DNA of 64,000 nt from an uncultured Acidobacteriota bacterium (GCA_963713825.1 CAVQNG010000004.1:224001-288000), one strand, 5' to 3'. Shown: positions 30,689 through 39,906, numbered from the stretch's first letter. Notes: generated from the letters alone by a model not told the origin. Translations and numbers: made by a program.

Positions 30689-30694
30689 TATAAT
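30689..30694 (+). promoter_or_regulatory. Putative sigma-70 -10 box for the SpoIIAA-like gene
   Basis: Perfect TATAAT ~85 nt upstream of ATG 30778; no clear -35. Confidence 0.3.
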
Positions 30695-30777
30695 CGGGTG
30701 GAATCGGTTCCTGGTAGAAGAGCTCAGTCGATACTCGAACCGCGGTTTCATACCATTTCACAAAGACGGGAGATTTC

Positions 30778-31131
30778 ATGCTATCTGCAGACTATCGGGG
30801 CAAGATCCTCGTGCTGAAACTGATGGGTGAGTTGAAGAAGGAACATATCGCCGAGGCTGACGAGCTCATCGACGACAAGCTCGACGAGAGGGAGAGCCCG
30901 CCGATCCTGCTCGACCTGCGCCGCTACGAAGGGGCCGAGGATTTGAGCACAGCCTGGCAGGAGCTCAAGCTGCTCACAACGCACGGCGACAGAGTCGAGA
31001 AGATCGCCGTCGTCGGTTCCCTCGACTGGCAGAAGCTCGCAACCTTCCTGGTGAGTCCCTTCACGAAGGCAACCGAGCGCTTCTACGAGCCCGGCGAAAT
31101 TCAAGACGCGCTCGATTGGCTGAGAGAGTAG
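30778..31131 (+). CDS. STAS/SEC14 (SpoIIAA-like) domain protein
   Basis: GEL..E, ILLDL..YEG, AWQEL, KIAVVG..DWQ, RFYEP.E..DALDWL. Confidence 0.8.
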   Translation: MLSADYRGKILVLKLMGELKKEHIAEADELIDDKLDERESPPILLDLRRYEGAEDLSTAWQELKLLTTHGDRVEKIAVVGSLDWQKLATFLVSPFTKATERFYEPGEIQDALDWLRE

Positions 31132-31163
31132 AAGATCACGGCCCGTAGTTCTGAACCCGATCT

Positions 31164-31190
31164 CGGGAGGGCGCAAGGCCCTCCCCTACA
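31164..31190 (-). repeat. Single GTAG-type REP element
   Basis: Reverse complement is TGTAG-GGGAGGGC-CTTGC-GCCCTCCC-G. Confidence 0.8.
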
Positions 31191-31228
31191 TCTCTCACTG
31201 CATGAGAACGGCCGGCAGGGGCGCCGGC

Positions 31229-31282
31229 CGCTTCAAGCCCCAAGCCCTCAAAGGCCGACCGGAGGTACGACGGACGGTTCAA
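31229..31282 (-). repeat. Copy 2 of the ~55-bp dispersed repeat
   Basis: Reverse complement is TTGAACCGTCCGTCGTACCTCCGGTCGGCCTTTGAGGGCTTGGGGCTTGAAGCG; about 5 substitutions and 1 indel versus 18950-19004. Confidence 0.8.
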
Positions 31283-31313
31283 ACCCCAAGCCCAAGGGGC
31301 TAGCCGGTCACGG

Positions 31314-32387
31314 CTAGACCCGCATCAACACCGAGCCCCAGTGGAGGCCAGCACCGAGGGCGGTGAAGGCGACCAGGGAGCCTTCGGGGGCCTTGCCAGC
31401 TTCGCGGGCCTCGTGGAAGCAGAGGGGAAGCGTGGCTGAGGTCGTGTTGCCGTACTTCTGAATGTTGTTATGGACTTTCTCGTCGGGCAGCTTCATGGCG
31501 CGCTGAGCCGCCTCGTTGATGCGCAGATTCGCCTGGTGCATGATCAGTAGGTCCAGGTCTTCGAGCGTCAGTCCATTCTTCTCGAGGACCTCCATGGTGA
31601 CTCTCGGCATCCGCGTCACCGCCAGCTTGAAGACCTGACGCCCATCCATCACGGGCACGGTCTCCCCGGAAAGCACTTGTTTCACATCCACCCACGGCCG
31701 CCTACCCGACCCGGCTCCCGGAACGTACAGAATGTCTTTCTTTCTACCGTCTCCGTAGAGGACCGACCCGAGAATTCCCCGGCCGTCGTCCTCTTCGTGG
31801 GCGCGAAAGACCATGGCGCCAGCGGCGTCTCCGAAGAGCACCACGAGATGACGGAAGCGCGAGTTCCACTCGAGGATCTCCGGCGACAAAGGACCTTCCT
31901 CGCGACCGTACAAAACCTCCCAACTCTCTGGCCCGACTGGCATCAGAGAAGTGTGCACATCGCAGCCCACAAGTAAGACCGTTCGGGCGATGCCGCTGCG
32001 GATCAGGGCATCGACGGTCTGCAGACCATAGGCGTAGCCGGCGCACTGTTGGCGGATGTCGAGGGCCGGGAGCTTGCCGAGTCCGAGTCGCTCCTGGATC
32101 AGGGTACCGGCGCCTGGAAAGTAATGATCGGGCGTCATCGTCGCACAGACGATGTAGTCGATCTCCTCGGCATCGATCCCTGAATCTGCTATAGCAGCTT
32201 GTGCCGCCGCAGCCCCGAGGTCCGACGAGCTCACACCGGGCTCGACGTAGTAGCGGGTCTCGATACCACTACGCTCCCGGATCCACTCGTCTGTGGTGTC
32301 CATGATGCGGGCCAGCATCGAATTGTCCACCCGGATGGACGGAACCTCTGTGCCGCATCCCAGCATTAGGGCTCGTGGCTGATTCAT
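31314..32387 (-). CDS. fabH: 3-oxoacyl-ACP synthase III
   Basis: WIRERSGI.TR, catalytic C (QQCAGY), FGDAAGA, H (HQANLRI), N (YGNTTSA). Confidence 0.9.
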   Translation of the reverse strand: MNQPRALMLGCGTEVPSIRVDNSMLARIMDTTDEWIRERSGIETRYYVEPGVSSSDLGAAAAQAAIADSGIDAEEIDYIVCATMTPDHYFPGAGTLIQERLGLGKLPALDIRQQCAGYAYGLQTVDALIRSGIARTVLLVGCDVHTSLMPVGPESWEVLYGREEGPLSPEILEWNSRFRHLVVLFGDAAGAMVFRAHEEDDGRGILGSVLYGDGRKKDILYVPGAGSGRRPWVDVKQVLSGETVPVMDGRQVFKLAVTRMPRVTMEVLEKNGLTLEDLDLLIMHQANLRINEAAQRAMKLPDEKVHNNIQKYGNTTSATLPLCFHEAREAGKAPEGSLVAFTALGAGLHWGSVLMRV

Positions 32388-32432
32388 CGCTGGCTCCTTT
32401 CTCCCCCGATCAGGCTACTAGGACACAACCTA

Positions 32433-33050
32433 TCAGTCGAAACCGCCGGGGGGGATCTGCGTCGGTCCCCTTCGGCGAATCGCGCCACGGTACTCGACAG
32501 TCAGGTCACCTTGCTTGATGAACAGGTAGAAATTCTTGGGACGCTTGTCGTCGAGGCCAGCTTCGGCGCTCCCGGAATAGGTCCAGAGCTCCACATTCTG
32601 ACTCCTGACCTGGGCTGACTGCTCGAATCGGGTATCGTCAGGGGGGCCGTAAAGCACATAGGTCGTACCGCGATCCGTTTGCCGGCCAAGATGGGTCCCT
32701 TCGTCGTACAGCCGATCCGCCTCGGCCGAGCGCTCCTCGAAGAGTTGCCGCTTGCCCTTCTTCGGCCACACCGTGTCAGGCCCTCGCTGGGCCCAGAACT
32801 CGTCGATGAATCGAGAGGCTGCCTCGTCGTTGGTCAGGGCCAGGTAGGCGGCGATCTCCTCCTGGGTCGCGATCCTGGAGATCGCCCCGACCAACCACTG
32901 GGAATGCTCGGGCGACAGCAGGAAGTTGGTGACATCCTCCGGCCCCGGCGCCTTGCGCTTCTTCTTGGCGCTCGCCTCCGGTGCCGAGACAGCCCACAGG
33001 ACCACCAGGCACAGGCTAAGAGCGACGTAGGAGATCGAGGAATTCTTCAC
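32433..33050 (-). CDS. GWxTD-domain exported protein
   Basis: Signal peptide; FIDEFW..R, R..EADRLY, GRQTDRG..YVLYGPPD, ELWTY. Confidence 0.8.
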   Translation of the reverse strand: MKNSSISYVALSLCLVVLWAVSAPEASAKKKRKAPGPEDVTNFLLSPEHSQWLVGAISRIATQEEIAAYLALTNDEAASRFIDEFWAQRGPDTVWPKKGKRQLFEERSAEADRLYDEGTHLGRQTDRGTTYVLYGPPDDTRFEQSAQVRSQNVELWTYSGSAEAGLDDKRPKNFYLFIKQGDLTVEYRGAIRRRGPTQIPPGGFD

Positions 33051-33651
33051 GGACGGGTCGTTGATGAAATGCGCCTCGAATGGCCGAGGTCACGGTCAGG
33101 GCACCGGGCTTCTTGACGCCACGCATCTCGACACACAGGTGTCGAGCTTCGATGACCACCATGGCGCCCAGGGGGTGGAGTTTCTCCTCCAGAAACCCCA
33201 CAACCTGCTCTGTCAATCGCTCCTGCAATTGAGGGCGCTTGGCGTAGAACTCCAGAATGCGGGCGAACTTCGACAAACCGATGATGCGATCGGCTGGAAT
33301 GTAGGCGATGTGGGCCTTCCCATAGAACGGCACCAGGTGGTGCGAACACATCGAATAGAACGGGATGTCCCGCTCCATGACCATGTGGGAGTACTCCTCC
33401 TCATTGGGAAAGGTCGTCACCGCGGGCTCGGCCCCTTCCTTGAGGCCATGGAACATCTCGTCGTACATCTTGGCGACGCGAACGTCGGTCTCCTGCAAAT
33501 TGTGATCCGTCATGTCGAGCCCCAACTCGACGAGAATGGCCCGCACGTGGGAAGCGATCCTCTGGATCTGCTCTGGGTCGGTCTCGACAGTCTTGTCCGC
33601 CGTCTTTGCGGCTTTGTCGCCATCGTGGGCGGGTTTCTGATCTCGATTCAT
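33016..33651 (-). CDS. folE: GTP cyclohydrolase I
   Basis: FYSMCSHHLVPF.G, GLSKFAR, RPQLQERLT, HLCVEMRGV. Confidence 0.96.
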   Translation of the reverse strand: MNRDQKPAHDGDKAAKTADKTVETDPEQIQRIASHVRAILVELGLDMTDHNLQETDVRVAKMYDEMFHGLKEGAEPAVTTFPNEEEYSHMVMERDIPFYSMCSHHLVPFYGKAHIAYIPADRIIGLSKFARILEFYAKRPQLQERLTEQVVGFLEEKLHPLGAMVVIEARHLCVEMRGVKKPGALTVTSAIRGAFHQRPVREEFLDLLRRS

Positions 33652-33766
33652 TGCATCATTCTCCGAGGAATCAAGGTCTCCGCTTGGGGAGCCTTGCCAC
33701 TGAACGGTTGATTCTATCCCACCCCCTCGGTCGCACCCTCGACCAGTCGGAGACCCGCCTGTCGTC

Positions 33767-33772
33767 TATAAT
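33767..33772 (+). promoter_or_regulatory. Putative -10 box for the selenoprotein gene
   Basis: TATAAT ~20 nt upstream of the ATG, followed by a GGAG RBS. Confidence 0.45.
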
Positions 33773-33791
33773 CCGCTGGCGGAGAGAAAAA

Positions 33792-34025
33792 ATGCCCGAT
33801 TTGACGATCGAATACTGCGTCGTTTGAAACTACTACCCCCGTGCCGCCGGTCTGGCGGACGAGATCAAGAGTCTCTACGGTGTCAGCCCAGAGCTGATCA
33901 AGGGACGAGACGGCGTGTTCGAAGTTCGGCTCGAAGACGAGACGATCTACTCGAAACGAGCCACCGGGAGATTTCCCACACCGGGTGAGGTCGAAGGCCT
34001 GCTCGAAGGCAAGCTCGAGTCCTAA
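33792..34025 (+). CDS. SelT/SelW/SelH (Rdx-family) selenoprotein, 77 aa, Sec at UGA 33825-33827
   Basis: MPDLTIEYCVV-U-NYYPRAAGLADEIKSLYGVSPELIKGRDGVFEVRLEDETIYSKRATGRFPTPGEVEGLLEGKLES*; CxxU motif; Rdx motifs continue in frame after TGA. Confidence 0.9.
33840..33861 (+). promoter_or_regulatory. Bacterial SECIS-like hairpin
   Basis: CGT-G-CCGCC-GGTCT-GGCGG-ACG starting 12 nt after the UGA, with a GGUC apical motif. Confidence 0.7.
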
Positions 34026-35284
34026 GCACCTTCCCGCAGCACCAACTGCGCGACGACTTCCATGTGTCCGGTCTGTGGAAACAGATCCAGCAGCACCAGT
34101 TCCTCGATCGCGTACAGTGTACCGAGCTCCCGCAGGTCCCGAGCCAAAGTTCCTGCGTGGCACGAAACATAGGTCAGACGGAGGGGAGGTTTGCTGTGAA
34201 GCGCGGCCCTGACCGGCTTGGAGAGTCCGCTGCGCGGCGGATCGACAATGACCCTCTCGGCCTTCTCCGGTAGCTCCCCGATCCAACCTTCGACGGCTCG
34301 CGACACCACTTCGAGCTGCTTGAAGCGATGCTCCCGAGCGTTGCGGCGGGCAAATCGTGCCGCCACCCTGTCTCCTTCTACCGCGGTCACCCGCTGGTAG
34401 TGGCGGGCGAGCGGCAGGCTGAAGAAACCGACACCAGCGTAGAGATCGAACGCTTCTTCTCCACTCCAGCTTCCAACCGCGGCTTCGACCAGCGTCGGTA
34501 GCAGCTGCCGGTGGGCCTGGAAGAAGCAGCGCGCATCGAGCCAGTAGTCGAGGTCGCCGACCTGCAACTTGACCTCGCCATGCGGCAGGCCGGGTACCAC
34601 AGGAGCCGAGCTCAGCGCCTCGTCTTCCCCTACGAGAAGATCCAGACGGCGGGGGCCTTCTTCGCTCAAGTAGGCCGTCACGGGGCGCAAGAGCCCCTCC
34701 AACTCGGGGACCAGCACGGGGCAGCTGTCCACGGCGACGACTTCCGTGCTGCGCCGCGAGTGGTAGCCGATCACCATCGCCCCTTCCCTCGATGCAGTGT
34801 GCAGTTGGGTGCGAATGCGATAGCCCCACGGTTGACCGGCTACGGTCCTGATGGGGATCTCGTCACTCAGGCCGCCGATCCGGCGCAGGGTCTCCTCCAC
34901 CGCCGCAGCCTTGAGCTCGGCCTGAATGTCGTCCTCCAGATGCTGCAGATCACAGCCGCCGCAGCTCCCGAAGAAAGGACATGGCGGCTCGCGCCGTCCC
35001 GGGCCGGCCTGCAGAATCTCCACGATCTCGGCCCTTCCATAGTCGGGCCGCCGATCCACCAACCGAACTCGAAGTCGATCCCCGGGTGCGGAACGGGGAA
35101 TGAAGAGTGGGATGCCTTCGAAGCGGGCCAGCCCATCGCCCCCAGCTACCAGCTTCTCGACTTCGACTTCGACCTCGTCCAACTTGGCGAGCCGGGCCGC
35201 CGCCTGACCCCTGAGAGAGTCACGACGACCGGCAGGGGTGGGGCCATTCGGGTGTTTGGTTCGTTCGGGCATGAGAGTCGTCAA
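34022..35284 (-). CDS. rlmD: 23S rRNA m5U methyltransferase (RlmD/TrmA family, TRAM domain)
   Basis: CPFFGSCGGCDLQH, FFQ, DLYAGVG, DPPRSG, YVSC, DLFPQTGHME. Confidence 0.85.
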   Translation of the reverse strand: MTTLMPERTKHPNGPTPAGRRDSLRGQAAARLAKLDEVEVEVEKLVAGGDGLARFEGIPLFIPRSAPGDRLRVRLVDRRPDYGRAEIVEILQAGPGRREPPCPFFGSCGGCDLQHLEDDIQAELKAAAVEETLRRIGGLSDEIPIRTVAGQPWGYRIRTQLHTASREGAMVIGYHSRRSTEVVAVDSCPVLVPELEGLLRPVTAYLSEEGPRRLDLLVGEDEALSSAPVVPGLPHGEVKLQVGDLDYWLDARCFFQAHRQLLPTLVEAAVGSWSGEEAFDLYAGVGFFSLPLARHYQRVTAVEGDRVAARFARRNAREHRFKQLEVVSRAVEGWIGELPEKAERVIVDPPRSGLSKPVRAALHSKPPLRLTYVSCHAGTLARDLRELGTLYAIEELVLLDLFPQTGHMEVVAQLVLREGA

Positions 35285-35309
35285 GCCGCTCGAATGAGCG
35301 CAGTTTAGG

Positions 35310-36131
35310 TCAATCCATTAGCAGATGGATACGAGCCGACACTTCACCGAGTTGTCGCTCGACCGCGGCTTGAATCTCCTTCCTTTCGTAACGCCGGCTC
35401 GCATGGTGGAGGACCAGGTCCTGGTTGTGGAACCGGCTCGCTCTGTCGACGAGATCGGACAGATGAAGGTGCTTGAATTGTCGGCCGCGATCGCGGCCGG
35501 CGTCGTCGAAGAAGGTGCATTCGAGCAGCAGCACCGTCGCCTCGAACAGCCGCGGCTCGAGATCGAAGACGCCGGCACCCGTATCGCCACAATAGGTCAC
35601 CCAGAGCTCCTGGGTCCGATCCTCGATCTCCGTCCCACCCTTTCTGAGGATCGCGAGGTCCGCAGCTGCCAGGCCACGATACTGGCCCTTGAGGTGTCTT
35701 CGATCGCGCCGCAGGTGGTAGCCCAGGCTCGGAACCGTGTGATCGGTCGCGAAGGCCTCGACGCTCAAGTCGCGACCCACCTTCACCTCGTCTCCGGGCT
35801 CGAGGCCTTGCAACTCGTAGTGATAGCTGACTTGCTCGATGCTCTCGGCCGCTGCGATCAGCCGCTGGAGACCCGCCGCGGTTTCGATCGGGCAAAAGAC
35901 CCGCGTCGAGCTCTCTGCCTGCATTGCCCGCAACGAGAGGACGAACGGTAGACCGAGAGCGTGATCGAGGTGGCCGTGGGTCAGGAAGATCTCGTCGGCC
36001 CCAGCCAGGGCCAGCGACCCCCTCCCGACGTCGAAGGCGAGCCCAGGCGGATGCACCCGGAACCAACTCGCATCGCCAGCTCGCGAGGAGCCCTCGATTC
36101 GCAGATTCTGAAACTGAAGACTGACGCTCAT
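35310..36131 (-). CDS. MBL-fold hydrolase, RNase Z-like
   Basis: THGHLDH, HTVPSLGY, GDT, ECTF, HLH, HASRRY. Confidence 0.75.
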   Translation of the reverse strand: MSVSLQFQNLRIEGSSRAGDASWFRVHPPGLAFDVGRGSLALAGADEIFLTHGHLDHALGLPFVLSLRAMQAESSTRVFCPIETAAGLQRLIAAAESIEQVSYHYELQGLEPGDEVKVGRDLSVEAFATDHTVPSLGYHLRRDRRHLKGQYRGLAAADLAILRKGGTEIEDRTQELWVTYCGDTGAGVFDLEPRLFEATVLLLECTFFDDAGRDRGRQFKHLHLSDLVDRASRFHNQDLVLHHASRRYERKEIQAAVERQLGEVSARIHLLMD

Positions 36132-36203
36132 GCCCAGAGAACCTCGCCGCCGGATCCCGGAGATCCCCGGGGAGATGGGCGCCTTCCCCATCGGTCGATC
36201 GAA

Positions 36204-37268
36204 CTAGATTTCCTGATACACCCAGCGGCGCAGCGGCTCCAACCGCTCGGCGACGGAATCCCAGCTGGGATCCATCATCCAGAGAGTCGCGGCCACCGAC
36301 GAAAGGAGCGAATTACCGTCCTGGGGTGTGAAACAGAATCCGTAGAGTTCTCTGTTGTCCCGGACCACCAGGGTCGGTAGCACGACAACCGCCTGAGAGA
36401 GGATGCGGCCGTAGTAGCCGTGGTCACGCCCGAAGCTGAAAATGAGATTCGCCTCCCGCTTGGCCGTCGTTGCCACGCGGTGGTTGTTTTGAAATCTCTC
36501 GACTGCCTCTGCCAGGTCCATGTCCCGCGTCAACCGAATCTGGAACCACATGGAGTGCATGTACTGGGTGTTCAGCTTGACGGCGCTCGAAAACAGATTG
36601 AGTTCCAGATCCATGGTCTGGAACACGCCGAAGGCATCGCGCGCATGGTGGGTACCGAACTGGGCATCGTCGTGCTTGCCGACACTCGGCGCCGGAACGA
36701 ACTTCTCCACCTGGGTGACATCGTTGGCGCGGCGCATGCAAACGAAATTGGCACGATCCAGGCAGAACCCCGCGTCACCGTCATCGCAGACGGTCTTGAC
36801 CAGTGTGGTGATGTTGTGGGTGTTGCAGGAGACGATCTGGACGAACTTGTCCTCGCCTGCCACCAGCGACTCTTCGTTGATGCCGCGGGCGAAGGGCTTG
36901 CCGAAACCGAACTCACTCCCTTGCGCCAGGTAGCCCTTCGGCCCTTTCAGCTTGGTGTAAAAGTCCTCCTTGTTCTGGTTGCCTGCCGGTGTACAGTCGA
37001 CAACCACGGTGGCCCTCTCCAGGGCCTCTTCGGAGGTGTAGCTGACAGTATGACCCATGTTCTCGTACGAATTCACCCGATCCGGATCGGTCGCCAGCTT
37101 GGCTCCGCGCGCCATCAGATGGCCGATGCGGGCTTTGTCCGACTCCAAAGGAGTCCGCTTGTGGAAGGTCACTTCATCGATACCCATCCGATCGCTAAAG
37201 TCGGTAAAAAGGCCGATGAGTGGCTCACCGATCGTGCCGGTTCCGACAACATGAACGACTTGTTTCAT
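36204..37268 (-). CDS. Class II (archaeal-type) GAPDH-like dehydrogenase
   Basis: GTGTIG, VVDCTP, AQG.E, IVSCNT, RRAND, HHA.D, AVK..T..MH. Confidence 0.75.
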   Translation of the reverse strand: MKQVVHVVGTGTIGEPLIGLFTDFSDRMGIDEVTFHKRTPLESDKARIGHLMARGAKLATDPDRVNSYENMGHTVSYTSEEALERATVVVDCTPAGNQNKEDFYTKLKGPKGYLAQGSEFGFGKPFARGINEESLVAGEDKFVQIVSCNTHNITTLVKTVCDDGDAGFCLDRANFVCMRRANDVTQVEKFVPAPSVGKHDDAQFGTHHARDAFGVFQTMDLELNLFSSAVKLNTQYMHSMWFQIRLTRDMDLAEAVERFQNNHRVATTAKREANLIFSFGRDHGYYGRILSQAVVVLPTLVVRDNRELYGFCFTPQDGNSLLSSVAATLWMMDPSWDSVAERLEPLRRWVYQEI

Positions 37269-37399
37269 GGCTCCCTCGCTCTTGTTTTCAGGCGGTTGTT
37301 TGCAATGGAATCACCCACTGCGGGCTAGCTCTCAAGTCCACGACAGGGTAACACAACCTCACGGACCCTAAGAAGCGAATACTGCTATGCAAATGCGGC

Positions 37400-37621
37400 T
37401 CATTCCTCTCCGTGGCGCCACTCCGGATCACGCTTTGCGAACTCGTCGAGATCCCGTGGAACCTCGACCAGCGTTCGCGTCACGCTCGGCTCACACGAGT
37501 CGTTCTCGCACTCGTAGGTGTAGACGTTCCGCTCCTCACCGGGTTGGAAACCGAGGAGGGTTTGATAGGTTTGGCACTGACCACACTTGATCGAGATATT
37601 TCGGATATTGATCCTATTCAT
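37400..37621 (-). CDS. Small Cys-rich, zinc-ribbon-like hypothetical protein (73 aa)
   Basis: MNRINIRNISIKCGQC...YECENDSC; CxxC and CxxxxC pairs. Confidence 0.6.
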   Translation of the reverse strand: MNRINIRNISIKCGQCQTYQTLLGFQPGEERNVYTYECENDSCEPSVTRTLVEVPRDLDEFAKRDPEWRHGEE

Positions 37622-37673
37622 AAGGAATTCTTCTGCCCCTAACGGGTGAGGCCAGCACAACCTCACGGTCCAT

Positions 37674-38681
37674 ATGAGAATCTCTTGCGGCACCCTCGAG
37701 GTTACCAGACGGCTGTCTGTCTCCTGTCGATGGTCGGCGTGGCTGACGGTGGTCGCCCTGAGCCTGACCACGGTCCTCGCTCAGGACACTCCCAACCCCG
37801 GAGGTGGGTTTCAAGAGGAGGTCTCGGTAGGTTATGTCCTGGTGCCGATCGTGGCGCGCCTGGCCAAAGGCGGCTACGCCACCGACTTGAAACCCGAGGA
37901 CTTTCGCCTTCTGGTCAACGGTCAGGTCGTCGATTTCGAGAGCTTCGAGCAGGGAGACCGAGCACCGGTCAGTGTCATGTTTCTGCAGGATCTCTCTGGC
38001 AGCATGGCCAATAGCAACAAGATCACTCTGAGCCGTACGGTCCTGGACCGCCTGGTCATGCAGAGTCGTCCGGGCGACAACTGGGGTTTGACTTCGTTCG
38101 CCAGCAACCGCGTGACGGTCGATGTACCGTTCACGGACGACATCGGGCAGTTGCGCGGGTCGGCAGACACATGGCACCCGTACGGCACCACGGCCCTGCA
38201 CGACGCCGTTGCCTGGCTACCAGACCTCACCGCTCACGTGCTCAGTGCTCGACGAGCCGCAATCGTCATCACCGACGGCGTCGACAATGCGAGCCAGATC
38301 GACCCCTACGCCGCGCGCGAGAAGGTGCGACAGGCGGAGCTTCCGGTCTACGTCCTGGGGTTGTCGACCGGCGACATCGAGTCCCTGGACCGCGACGGGG
38401 GGAAGGTCTATCGCTATGCCGACGTGCTGAATCTGCTGTCGCACATGACGGGCGGTCAGTACTTCCCCGTCATCAGCCAGAGCGACGCGATGCTGGCCTG
38501 CAACGAGATCCTGAGCGAGATCCGCAATCAGTACGTCATCGGCTTCCCAACGAGCGCCCTCGGAACGCCCACCTACCACCAGATCGAGGTGCAGGCACGC
38601 AACAAGAAGAAGCTCAAGCTCACCTTCCGCCAGGGCTATTCCGGCACGCTGCCGAAGGCCCTCGTCCCGTCAGGTCAATGA
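37674..38681 (+). CDS. Acidobacterial VWA-domain exported protein
   Basis: DLKPEDF, MIDAS DLSGSM, TALHDA, ITDGVDNAS, TGG.YF, QYVIGF. Confidence 0.85.
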   Translation: MRISCGTLEVTRRLSVSCRWSAWLTVVALSLTTVLAQDTPNPGGGFQEEVSVGYVLVPIVARLAKGGYATDLKPEDFRLLVNGQVVDFESFEQGDRAPVSVMFLQDLSGSMANSNKITLSRTVLDRLVMQSRPGDNWGLTSFASNRVTVDVPFTDDIGQLRGSADTWHPYGTTALHDAVAWLPDLTAHVLSARRAAIVITDGVDNASQIDPYAAREKVRQAELPVYVLGLSTGDIESLDRDGGKVYRYADVLNLLSHMTGGQYFPVISQSDAMLACNEILSEIRNQYVIGFPTSALGTPTYHQIEVQARNKKKLKLTFRQGYSGTLPKALVPSGQ

Positions 38682-38741
38682 GATCTCAGGGACGAGCGAT
38701 CGCTGACTCCAGGGAGATTTGGAACACTAGGAGCAGAACCT

Positions 38742-39023
38742 ATGCAACTTCTCGCGAATCTCCTCGTCCAGAAGCCAATCAACATACTCGTCGTAGCGGC
38801 GGTCTTTGCCGCCGCCTACCTGGTTCTTCGATTCACATCGCTGGGCGCTGGAAAACACCCTTCCGCACTGCTCGTTCCTATAGTGGGCTGGGCACTCTAT
38901 GCTGCGTGGGAATGCCTGGTCCTCTCAAGGACGCCCGAAGCGAACATCCGGGTCGACCTTCTCGTGATCTGGCCGGTGCTGCTCGTCCTTTCGGTGGTGT
39001 CCAGCATCCGGGCCTGGCGCTGA
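38742..39023 (+). CDS. Small 3-TM membrane protein
   Basis: AGGAG RBS; hydrophobic segments; ANIRVDLL.I.P motif. Confidence 0.7.
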   Translation: MQLLANLLVQKPINILVVAAVFAAAYLVLRFTSLGAGKHPSALLVPIVGWALYAAWECLVLSRTPEANIRVDLLVIWPVLLVLSVVSSIRAWR

Positions 39024-39077
39024 GCGGACGAGCACGACTCAACCGATTCCGCATCTTGGAGACCCGGCACCTACGGC

Positions 39078-39851
39078 TCAGTAGGGGTTGTCGCCGAGGA
39101 ACACCACGTCGGGAATCTCGAAGCGCTCCTCGCCAATGCGAACCTGAAACAAGTCGGATTCCTTGCCGACGGCCATCTCCACTCCCCCGTCCGCCTCGCT
39201 GCTGTCAAACGACATCGGCGTGCCGTCTTCGTAGAAAATGACTCGCTTGCCGCCCTCCGGCCACGAAACCTCGAGGGTGCCAGAGCCCTGGCCTTCACGA
39301 ATGACACCGAACTCGCACTGGCCCATCGGCTGACCCGCCGCGCGGGCACACGGGATCGAGCCGGTGGCGTGGTACTTGGTGCCAGGCACCATGGCGTCGC
39401 CCACCGCTCCCGACGAGGCGCCAGCCGATTCTGGCGATGTGATCTCGATCTGGAGCGTGTAGCTGGCCGTTTCATTACGCCGGGCGGCACTGCGCATCTG
39501 GTAGACGCGGATTGTGTAGTCGCCACTGTCTGGGAGGCTGCCGACAAACGAGTTCTCGCCCATCGACCCATTGAAGAAGGCGACCTCGGTCTCTCCGGGG
39601 GCCATCAGGTTGAAGTAGTTGGCACCGCTGTCGGTCGTCATGGTGACGACCATCCTCTGGCCCGACTGCGCGCCGAGCTTGTAGTCGACGATCTCGTAGC
39701 CGCTGATGCTCCCTTCGATAGACGTCCCGGTGGAACCGGCGGCGAATTGGACACGTTCCGTGCGGATATCGCTTGCTTGAGCGAAAGCCACGGACCCGAG
39801 AAGGAGCGCTGTAGCAAAGGCTATGGCTGGGCTGAATTTTCCTGTAGGCAT
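39078..39851 (-). CDS. Exported protein with a PliG-like N-terminal domain and a Cys-pair C-terminal domain
   Basis: Signal peptide ...VAFA; VQFAAG...GYE.VDY...GQ...LP.SGDY.IRVYQMRSAARRNE resembles the g-type lysozyme inhibitor PliG. Confidence 0.65.
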   Translation of the reverse strand: MPTGKFSPAIAFATALLLGSVAFAQASDIRTERVQFAAGSTGTSIEGSISGYEIVDYKLGAQSGQRMVVTMTTDSGANYFNLMAPGETEVAFFNGSMGENSFVGSLPDSGDYTIRVYQMRSAARRNETASYTLQIEITSPESAGASSGAVGDAMVPGTKYHATGSIPCARAAGQPMGQCEFGVIREGQGSGTLEVSWPEGGKRVIFYEDGTPMSFDSSEADGGVEMAVGKESDLFQVRIGEERFEIPDVVFLGDNPY

Positions 39852-39864
39852 GAAATCTATCCTT

Positions 39865-39906
39865 TCTATTCGGCGGCCTGGACACTCTATTCGACGGCCT
39901 GGACAC
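39865..39906. repeat. Tandem 21-bp direct repeat (2 copies, 1 mismatch)
   Basis: TCTATTCGGCGGCCTGGACAC / TCTATTCGACGGCCTGGACAC. Confidence 0.85.

Noticed and set aside
33606-33827. 73-aa ORF ending ...IEYCVV*
   Set aside because: Wrong start and false stop; the real gene starts at 33792 and reads through UGA as Sec
39865-39906. Possible CRISPR repeat
   Set aside because: Two abutting copies with no spacer and no cas genes
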